This document shows positions 1 to 5,959 of a stretch of 5,959 bases of DNA, piece by piece. Within the stretch, counting starts at the first letter, position 1, and each line of letters starts with the position of its first letter. Origin of the DNA: Rotaria socialis. Its lineage: Eukaryota. The translations under genes were made by a program, and so were the position numbers. The stretch spans positions 97,596 to 103,554 of the forward strand of contig CAJNXB010003524.1 of NCBI GenBank assembly GCA_905331015.1. Reading direction: 5' to 3'. Under the pieces are notes generated by a model. That model made no database searches and had not been told where the DNA came from. It saw nothing but the letters and a program-made list of their open reading frames with translations.

Positions 1-251
1 ATTTGATGCTCATGTATTACATTTCTTTTAAATTTAAAAAACACATTATTTTTCATGTTAAGTTAAACTGAAGATTTCTCTATTTTACACTTCTCTGTTT
101 TACCCTTCACAATTCGCTCAAAATATGGTTTCGCTAAAACGTTTTTCGCTGATTTACCACCATACCAATATAACTTGTCATTTTCAGCACATTATGTTGT
201 GTTTTTCATCAGGTCGCAGTCAACTACGCAGGATGCAAGTAAAATTGCCGT

Positions 252-346
252 ATTCAACCCAAGACAGTGGTGAAGCGTCTGTTCTTGAGGAGGGGCATGG
301 TCGTCATCGCAATAAAGTCAGACCAACTACTGAAACGAATTCTATC
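252..346 (+). pseudogene. Candidate degraded or mis-framed upstream TRPM SLOG block
   Basis: Frame starting at 252 reads IQPKTVVKRLFLRRGMVVIAIKSDQ..., resembling the TRPM pattern 'F.LQPKL..VFR+GLVKAAQTTGAWI'. The TAA at 240-242 is in this frame, and the better continuation 'TTETNSIVVI' lies in a different frame (that of the 125..364 ORF). Confidence 0.3.
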
Positions 347-413
347 GTAGTTATCATTAAATAAAAGAGACAAACATATTTCTGTGTGAACGCGACTACT
401 TTCGTTTTAATAG

Positions 414-600
414 GACCTTCAGGAACTCAATTGCGATGGAACCAACATCAATTACAACTTAGAATCGAATAACACTCATTTTTTTCTCTTTGATCATAAG
501 CCGAATGATTGGGAAAGTATTATCAGGAAGCGTCATGATATCGAAAACGAACTAAGCTGCGCACTGAAGTCAACAGTGCTTGGCTATAATCAATGGACTG
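414..600 (+). CDS. TRPM SLOG/LSDAT exon (DLQELNCDGTNINYNLESNNTHFFLFDHKPNDWESIIRKRHDIENELSCALKSTVLGYNQWT)
   Basis: Acceptor ttttaatag|GAC at 412-413 (alternative acceptor at 421-422 in the same frame) and donor G|gtatgc at 601. 'ESNNTHFFLFD' matches TRPM 'L+.NHTHF+.VD'. Ends in phase 1, and the next exon supplies 2 nt. Confidence 0.75.
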
Positions 601-3600
601 GTATGCACGACCAAATTATTTGTCAAAAATATTCACAGCTAGTCTATAATATATTTTTCAGTATTTGACGATGATATTCCAATAGTTGCGTTACTACTTG
701 GTGGCAATGTTACAACACTACGTGCCATATGTAATCACTTAAAGAATGGCACTCCGGTCGTCGTTGTTCAAGTAGGAACATCTATAAATAGATCTTTTAT
801 ATGAATGAAAAAGGATATAAAATATAGAAAAGATAGTTATCAGACAAGCAAAAAACGGAAGGGGGGAAAAGCGCGACTTCCGTACTTCCGTACTCCCTTC
901 GTACTCCCCTGTACTTGACTTGTAATCCCTTGTAATTCACTTGTACTCCCTTGTACTCCCTTGTAATTTGCTTGTACTAACATCGTACTTCCATGTACTT
1001 CCATCGTACTTCAAAATTTTTTTGAAGTAGATGAAGTCGCGCTTTTGCCCCCTTGGATAGTAATCACAAAATATCAGCTATTTCATAATTTGCTTATTTG
1101 ATAAACTTGTTTCTTGTAGGGTACCGGAGAAGTTGCTGACATCATCGTTGACATCGTTACTAACATTACTAAATTCTCAAATTCAATTTCCAAAAGAGTT
1201 AAATTTGATCTGAATAACTGGAAAAGCAACTTTTCCGCCAATATTTATGATTATAAAAGCAAATTGAAGATGTTGTTATTCTCAAACGAAAATGAGACTA
1301 TTGGAGATAGAGAAATTTTGAATTGCATAGACGATCTAGCCAATAATAATGAACTCATCGTCGTATTTGATCCCATCGGAGCCAATGGCAACTTGGAAGG
1401 TGCGATTGCTGATGCAATGTTAAAGAGAATATATTTTCGACGTCAGGAAAATGACAGTTACAATTATAAGATGCTAGCAATGGAATTGAAATGGTGTCTG
1501 GTAAGATTTTAGCTTTGGGTCTGATGGAAAAATAATTCTTAATGTATTTATTTAAACTTGTTTAGATTTGGGACAAAATTGATCACGCAAGACAAAATGT
1601 GTTCGCTGATCATGTTTTTGAAAAGATGTCAATTTCACAAAAAATGCGAGAGTTCGTAAGTGGAAACTATCGTTTGTCGAAGTTTTTCCCCACCACTTTG
1701 CGAAACTGACCATGATTTGAAAGGCTTTATAAAATTGATTAAAATTTCGACACGCATTCAAAAAAAATTGGATGTATAATGTGTATTTCAATGAGTCTAA
1801 TTAAATCGTGTCATTTGTAGAAAAAAAGACGAATTACTTCTATTCTTTTATGAATAACTACTCTTTGTAGGAAAGAAAATTTAAAGATACATTGAAACCT
1901 GTCTATAGTAGACACTCCTTGGACCTTTGCAAAGTTTTCACTGTGCTGAGGTGTCCATTACAGAGGAGCTATATGCTTGGAAACATAATGTTGTATTGAA
2001 AAAGAGCACACGTTTTCAGTTATGTCGATCATGCCTGTAATTCAGTGGATCATTCCAAGCGCATTTTTCTCTCGTCTTATTCATCTGTCTATCTTAGAAT
2101 CTAGAAGTAATGGTTAGTAGTGAAGCAATATTCAACAGCACTGTATTCAACACGTCAAAATTTAAAAAAACGACAGAGGATTTTAATTTGAGTTTGCTGC
2201 CGAAAATATTTATTTGGCAGGCTATGAAATAATTCAAAAGAATGAGCTATTTTTTTCATTCATCATTATACACATCATTTTGAATATTCTTTCAGTGTGT
2301 TCGATACTGTTCACTACCGGGAAGCTTTTATGTCAATCCGTTCGTGAAAATGTTTCCACTATCCACCAAGAGAAATAGTACTCTATTTAACACAGTGAGT
2401 GTCTTTTTTTTGTCACTTAGATGTATGATAGATCAAAAGAAAGGTCGGCACATTATGATGATCGATCTTAGTAAGCACGAAACTCTCGTCAGATTCTCGA
2501 GTAGTGCTCTTTGTAGAGAAGTAATTCCTCAAACATGACTGTGAAAAATATCTATCTCACTAAAAATTTCAATACAGATAGGTTCAATTACAGTAGAAAC
2601 TGCCGTGTCAGATCATGAAGTGTTCACTATGGAAGGTTTCACTGCATGTCGTCAAATTCCAAGCAAATTTCACTTTAATATACTTCAGTATCGGATAGAT
2701 TTGCTGAATGCATTGATCAATGCAATCGGTGAGCATGATGCAAATAAATGTTACGAAATCTCATACACTGCTTTTAATGAATTGATATATTCATAGTTAA
2801 AAGTTTCTTTTGAAGAACTTTTTAGTACTTTTACTCGCAATATAATAGTTTTATAAGCGAAGTTCTACACGTGGACTACTGAGGGCAAAACTACCCAATA
2901 GGATCCTATCGGATTCTAAAGATTCCAACGGGATGATGTAGGACCCGATAAAATCCTATAGTCGGATTTTTTGTCCTGGGTAACCATGAACCTTCAAATC
3001 TCTTTTCTAACATGAATTTTTTTCTATTAGATAAAAAATTTAGCAAGGACAGCACTCTTCGAAGCATTGTGCCGTGATAACATACATTTCGTGCATTTGC
3101 TGATGGAAAATGGTGTATCAATAAAAGACCTCAACATAGAACAACTAACACCAGAAGAATTCAAGATGTTTTGTGCAAGAATACTGGTAGATTGACCTTA
3201 ACATGCCTCTATTGTGTTTTTCAGCATAGTTCAGATTTCTAAATGAAATGTCCAAAACTTTTTCAACAGAAAGAGAATTTCAGAAATTACTAAAACTAGA
3301 AAATTTACTGACAACAAATACGGGAATTTTCGAAAGTAAATTACCAAAATTTTAATAACGCACAGGCAATTTTCAAAAATTTTCATGATCCATATATATG
3401 ATAATGATATGCATGAAGATTGATAAAACAAGAAAGGATATCCTGGGTTTGAAAGAAATTTTGGAAATTTTTCTGAGTAGCCTAGTTAGTAGTTTTTTTT
3501 ACTTCATATTATTGCAGAAGGAGATACAATTAATGAAGTTTCTGTCATTATAGCTTACAGAAGTTTTGAAAATTTGTTGAAATTGATGCTCCCAATTTTC

Positions 3601-5721
3601 AATAAACGTTTAAGTTAGCTAGTGATGAGACGAAAATTTTAGTGATAATTTTATATTTCGTTTGTAGTTGCGGAAATTCTTTAGTAATTTTTTAACGGAG
3701 GTTTTCATTTTTAAGAATTTGGAAAGTTACTGTTGAATCAGGTGAAATTTCTTGTCTAACTACCATCGCTAGTAGTCTCCAAAATTAATATTAGTAGAAA
3801 GGAAAATTTTAAAAATTACATTATCGCCAAGAGGAATGTCATTTACGAGATCGCATTTTTGTTCTTGTGCCATTTCTGAAATTGCCCGTTTCTGATTTCA
3901 ACAGTTGCAGTTGTTTTTCTATTGCCATTTTATTTGTAAAAGCGAAAAGTAACAAAATTGAAGAGTTGGAGTTCTTTTTAAAATCTGAACATATCTGCAT
4001 CTTTTGTTATTAAATATGTACTAATTTCTTTTATTCAGAATAGTAATGCATTACCTCTCGATAAGATTCCAGGCACTAATGTGGGTATCAATAGGAAATC
4101 TTCGGAATTGGCGGAAATAATATACTCAGAGTATCGCAAGCAATATTTAGAAGACTTCGTAAATATTTAATATCAGTGAATATTTACAATTAGTATTGGT
4201 TGCATCGATACTTTAGATTGAATCAGGAAAAAAGCAAAAAACACAGCAGTCAACCATTGTTTCGTCAGATCAGGCTAGTGATGGAATTATAAATCTATTC
4301 GGCGAAAATAAGATCGAAAAACTTTATCTGTGGTTTTTATTCATGAATCGACCAGAAATGGCCAAATTTATTTGCTCGGTATGTCAGGTAAGGCATGCAC
4401 TAAGTTGATGCCCAATTTACTATCATATTGAGTTTTCTTTCAATATGTACCGTTTGCTCCCTATCAGTATCAGACAGCGGCTTCTCTTCTCGCAGTCGGT
4501 GTTTATTACAAGGCAGCGCAAAAGGATAGGAAATAGAAAGTTGCTTTGATAAAAATTGCAAAGTGAGTAAATTTCATTTGAATTTATTTGGCACATCGTG
4601 TTGCATACATGTTTTATTTACTTATTGATGAAAACAGCGAGTTCGATGAACATTCAAAAGGCATCATAGACAAATGCTTCAATAAAAACAAACGCCTTGC
4701 TATCAATATAATTGAAGCGAAGGCCACGACATTCTACAATTGTATTCCGTTGGGAATAGCATACCATACTGGTTGTAAAGCTTTTATCGCTAGTGATACT
4801 GCCGAAAATTTTCATAGGGACATATGGTACCACCATTTCAACGATCAGGGACAACTGCTGAAAATAAATATCTCTATTTGGGTTTGTCAATGATATTTAC
4901 AGAATAATTTCATAAATCATTCGATATCTTGTTTAGATCTTTCTTGGATCAATTTTTTTGCCTCTCTTGCCAATTGCATCTGTGTTTTGCCCTTCACTTT
5001 ACAAGGAATATTCTACCAAGTCAAAAGTACTACAGATAAAAATACAGCACTTCGTGTATTATTATTTTATATTTTGCTCTCATGTAGGAAAGCAATAAGC
5101 CAAATCAATGTCGTCCGGTACTTCCACCTGAGCTAATGTTAGTTGAAATTTTTTCATTAGTTTAGATTTTCAATTTCAACCCACATTTTACAGATCGACA
5201 CAAGAGATGGCTTCAGGCAGGTCCTGTATGTCTGATAGAATCAAATACTTTTATGAAGCACCAGTAGTAAAATTTTACTATCATTTTGTAAGCTTTTTTC
5301 CTATATGATTCTGTTCTACCTTCGTGAACATTATTGTTGTGTTACAAATTTAGACTTTCTTCTTCATTTTCCTGATTTTATTCAGTTATGTTCTTCTTAT
5401 CGACTATCTTCCATTAAATTTTGAAGGCGAGAAGCGCTCCGGAATTGGAAATCTACCGATTCCAATCTCGGAGATAATCTTACACATTTATATGTTAGGG
5501 TTCATTATCGATGAATATCACCAGGTCAGTTTTTTATCTTTTCGAAATGTTTTTTTTCTACAACCTTCGTTCCTATATTATTAGTTCGTTCGATATAAAA
5601 CAGGAACTCATGACTATTTCTCCAATGTTTGGAATCAGATGGATCTAGCAGGCATTATTTGCTATTTAATCGCATTCATTACCCGATGGTTTGTTGTCGA
5701 ATCTATTTTCAAGGTGTCAAA
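414..5721 (+). CDS. Divergent TRPM-like cation channel homolog, multi-exon and partial (possible pseudogene); span of the reconstructed exons
   Basis: Successive + strand ORF blocks bounded by AG...GT give TRPM-like segments in the expected order: 'LESNNTHFFLFD', 'IPIVALLLGGNVTTLRAICNHLKNGTPVVVVQGTGEVADIIVDIVTN', 'ELIVVFD...LEGAIADAMLKR', 'ALFEALCRDNIHFVHLLMENGVSI', 'IEKLYLWFLFMNRPEMAKFIC', 'FDEHSKGIIDKCF', 'KYFYEAPVVKFYYHF', 'TFFFIFLILFSYVLLIDY', 'SNVWNQMDLAGIICYLIAFITRW'. Most exon phases agree at the joints. Confidence 0.8.
662..771 (+). CDS. TRPM SLOG/LSDAT exon (FDDDIPIVALLLGGNVTTLRAICNHLKNGTPVVVVQ)
   Basis: Acceptor atatttttcag|TA at 660-661 and donor A|gtagga at 772. Two leading nt join the previous phase-1 exon to give GTA (V). 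Resembles TRPM 'IPVVCLV.EGG..TI..V......PPVPVVV'. Confidence 0.85.
859..1054. mobile_element. Intronic inverted-repeat element with internal tandem array; MITE-like or satellite-like, unclassified
   Basis: Left arm AAGGGGGGAAAAGCGCGACTTC (859-880) and right arm GAAGTCGCGCTTTTGCCCCCTT (1033-1054) are reverse complements at 21 of 22 positions. No clear target-site duplication by eye. Confidence 0.7.
882..1014. repeat. Short degenerate tandem array, unit about GTACTCCCTT
   Basis: GTA starts at 882, 890, 901, 911, 922, 932, 943, 953, 963, 974, 985, 995 and 1006; spacings are 8 once, then 10 or 11. Confidence 0.85.
1120..1500 (+). CDS. TRPM SLOG/LSDAT C-terminal exon (GTGEVADIIVDIVTNITKFSNSISKRVKFDLNNWKSNFSANIYDYKSKLKMLLFSNENETIGDREILNCIDDLANNNELIVVFDPIGANGNLEGAIADAMLKRIYFRRQENDSYNYKMLAMELKWCL)
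   Basis: Acceptor tttcttgtag|G and donor CTG|gtaaga; 381 nt, phase 0 to phase 0. Includes the supplied 1264..1512 ORF minus its intronic tail. 'GTGEVADII' corresponds to TRPM 'GSGRAADLL'. Confidence 0.85.
1898..1969. repeat. Degenerate inverted repeat, possible decayed MITE
   Basis: CCTGTCTATAGTAGACACTCC (1898-1918) against the reverse complement of GAGGTGTCCATTACAGAGGAGC (1948-1969), with an imperfect shared core CTATAGTAGACAC / CTGTAATGGACAC. Confidence 0.4.
2578..2728 (+). CDS. Possible exon of the TRPM-like gene (IGSITVETAVSDHEVFTMEGFTACRQIPSKFHFNILQYRIDLLNALINAI)
   Basis: Good acceptor tttcaatacag|ATA and canonical donor gtgagc at 2729 within an ORF open from 2578 to 2793. Its start phase fits the exon ending at 1500. 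Its phase-1 end does not join the phase-0 exon at 3031, so the model is incomplete here. Confidence 0.4.
2901..2970. repeat. Small cluster of direct and inverted copies of an ATCCTATCGGATT-like motif
   Basis: GGATCCTATCGG (2901-2912) is the near reverse complement of CCGATAAAATCC (2945-2956); ATCCTATCGGATT is repeated directly as ATCCTATAGTCGGATT from about 2953. Confidence 0.4.
3031..3186 (+). CDS. TRPM ankyrin-like/MHR exon (IKNLARTALFEALCRDNIHFVHLLMENGVSIKDLNIEQLTPEEFKMFCARIL)
   Basis: Acceptor tttttctattag and donor gtagat; 156 nt, phase 0 to phase 0. Matches TRPM 'LE.AM..AL..+RVDFV+LLLENGV......L...L..LY'. Confidence 0.85.
4039..4158 (+). CDS. TRPM-like exon (NSNALPLDKIPGTNVGINRKSSELAEIIYSEYRKQYLEDF)
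   Basis: Acceptor tttcttttattcag and donor gtaaat; exactly 40 codons, phase 0 to phase 0. Weakly conserved content, supported mainly by splice signals and position. Confidence 0.6.
4217..4378 (+). CDS. TRPM MHR exon (IESGKKQKTQQSTIVSSDQASDGIINLFGENKIEKLYLWFLFMNRPEMAKFICS)
   Basis: Acceptor actttag and donor gtatgt; 162 nt, phase 0 to phase 0. 'IEKLYLWFLFMNRPEMAKFIC' matches TRPM 'LNELLLWAVLM.R..MA.FFW'. Confidence 0.82.
4468..4562 (+). CDS. TRPM MHR exon containing an in-frame TAG (YQTAASLLAVGVYYKAAQKDRK*KVALIKIA+AA)
   Basis: Acceptor ctatcag and donor gtgagtaa at 4563. The 2 trailing nt plus the leading C of the next exon give AAC, restoring the frame of 'EFDEHSKGIIDKCF'. TAG at 4534-4536 interrupts it. 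Confidence 0.7.
4638..4881 (+). CDS. TRPM MHR exon (EFDEHSKGIIDKCFNKNKRLAINIIEAKATTFYNCIPLGIAYHTGCKAFIASDTAENFHRDIWYHHFNDQGQLLKINISIW)
   Basis: Acceptor gaaaacag|C and donor TGG|gtttgt. Overlaps the supplied 4588..4893 ORF. Matches TRPM 'FE.LAV.VLD.CY..+E..A..LL......W...TCL.LA......FIAH...Q.LL.+.W'. Confidence 0.82.
5006..5053 (+). CDS. Short TRPM-like exon (EYSTKSKVLQIKIQHF)
   Basis: Acceptor actttacaag and donor gtgtat; 48 nt, phase 0 to phase 0. Content is not diagnostic. Confidence 0.5.
5088..5137 (+). CDS. Short TRPM-like exon (ESNKPNQCRPVLPPEL+AT)
   Basis: Acceptor tcatgtag and donor gttagt; ends in phase 2, and the next exon starts with the matching single nt. Confidence 0.55.
5194..5287 (+). 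CDS. TRPM pre-S1 exon (STQEMASGRSCMSDRIKYFYEAPVVKFYYHF)
   Basis: Acceptor cattttacag|A and donor gtaagc. 'KYFYEAPVVKFYYHF' matches the TRPM hallmark '+.FYEAPIVKFW.....'. Confidence 0.88.
5354..5524 (+). CDS. TRPM S1 and start of S2 exon (TFFFIFLILFSYVLLIDYLPLNFEGEKRSGIGNLPIPISEIILHIYMLGFIIDEYHQ)
   Basis: Acceptor caaatttag and donor gtcagt; 57 codons, phase 0 to phase 0. 'FLILFSYVLLIDY' matches TRPM S1 'FL.LFSYVLL.+'. Confidence 0.85.
5585..5721 (+). CDS. TRPM S2-S3 linker/transmembrane exon (FVRYKTGTHDYFSNVWNQMDLAGIICYLIAFITRWFVVESIFKVS+AA)
   Basis: Acceptor tatattattag and donor gtaagc at 5722; phase 0 start. 'Y.SNVWNQMDLAGIICYLIAFITR' matches TRPM 'Y....WN.LD..AI..F..GF.LR'. An alternative donor exists at 5714 (gtgtca). 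Confidence 0.78.
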
Positions 5722-5959
5722 GTAAGCTATTGTTGTTTGCTTTCTTGCAATTTTTTTAACTGAGTAAAGTCCGACTAAAATTGAAAGTCGTCATTATTAA
5801 GATTCAGAATGATATCAAACAAGATTTATTGAAAAAAAGATATTCATCTGTTGAATAAAACAGAGAGACAGGTCTAAATCATAATTATTTTTGAAATCAG
5901 ACTTCTTTTCTAAGTATCTCTTAAGAAAATTCATGACATAGCTTGAGAAAAGTTATGCC

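Noticed and set aside
125-364. Intact 79-aa protein-coding gene
   Set aside because: The 5' part spans an apparent intron end (cattttcag at about 187). Only a small portion resembles a TRPM pattern and it is split over frames, so an independent gene is unsupported.
882-1014. CRISPR array
   Set aside because: Units are about 10-11 bp with no spacers and the context is a spliced eukaryotic gene; not a repeat-spacer structure.
882-1014. Telomere-like or interstitial telomeric repeat
   Set aside because: Nematode telomere units are TTAGGC-like; the GTACTCCCTT-like degenerate unit does not match.
1552-1791. Minus-strand 79-aa ORF
   Set aside because: Lies in the putative large intron, has low-complexity F/N/K-rich composition, and shows no recognisable family motif; consistent with a chance ORF in AT-rich DNA.
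2344-2538. Plus-strand 64-aa ORF MKMFPLSTKRNSTLFNTV...
   Set aside because: No TRPM-like pattern and no phase-compatible splice pair joining it to confirmed exons; likely intronic chance ORF.
2906-3121. Minus-strand 71-aa ORF
   Set aside because: Antisense to the well-supported exon 3031-3186 and the upstream repeat-like segment; a shadow ORF.
3231-3431. Minus-strand 66-aa hydrophobic ORF
   Set aside because: Hydrophobicity follows from A/T-rich complement sequence inside the 3187-4038 intron; no motif or splice context.
4588-4637. MAHRVAYMFYLLIDENS as a protein N-terminus
   Set aside because: This stretch precedes the acceptor gaaaacag at 4637 and is read as intron; the methionine-started ORF is an extension of exon 4638-4881 into the intron.
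4654-4890. Minus-strand 78-aa ORF
   Set aside because: Fully antisense to exon 4638-4881, whose plus-strand translation has clear TRPM-like features.

Overview
The window reads as eukaryotic genomic DNA, most likely nematode: AT-rich, with small exons split by introns that have TTTTCAG- or TATTAG-like acceptors. It is not prokaryotic. On the + strand I can stitch together a multi-exon, partial gene for a divergent TRPM-family (melastatin-like) protein. Nearly all joints are phase-consistent. The readable parts are the back half of the N-terminal SLOG/LSDAT domain (414-1500), the ankyrin-like/MHR3-4 region (3031-4881), the pre-S1 helix 'KYFYEAPVVKFYYHF', S1 'TFFFIFLILFSYVLLIDY', and the S2 region and linker (5354-5721). 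The gene starts upstream of, or is decayed at, the left edge, and runs off the right edge before the pore. The most notable observations are: an in-frame TAG inside an otherwise conserved, phase-consistent exon; a broken or abbreviated N-terminal SLOG block; an intronic element of about 196 bp with 22-bp inverted ends around a GTAC-rich array with about 10.5-bp periodicity; smaller degenerate inverted-repeat remnants in other introns; and strong decoy splice acceptors inside the S1 and S2-linker coding sequence. I saw no prokaryotic defence system, CRISPR array or RNA gene. All family assignments are from remembered motif patterns, with no database search.
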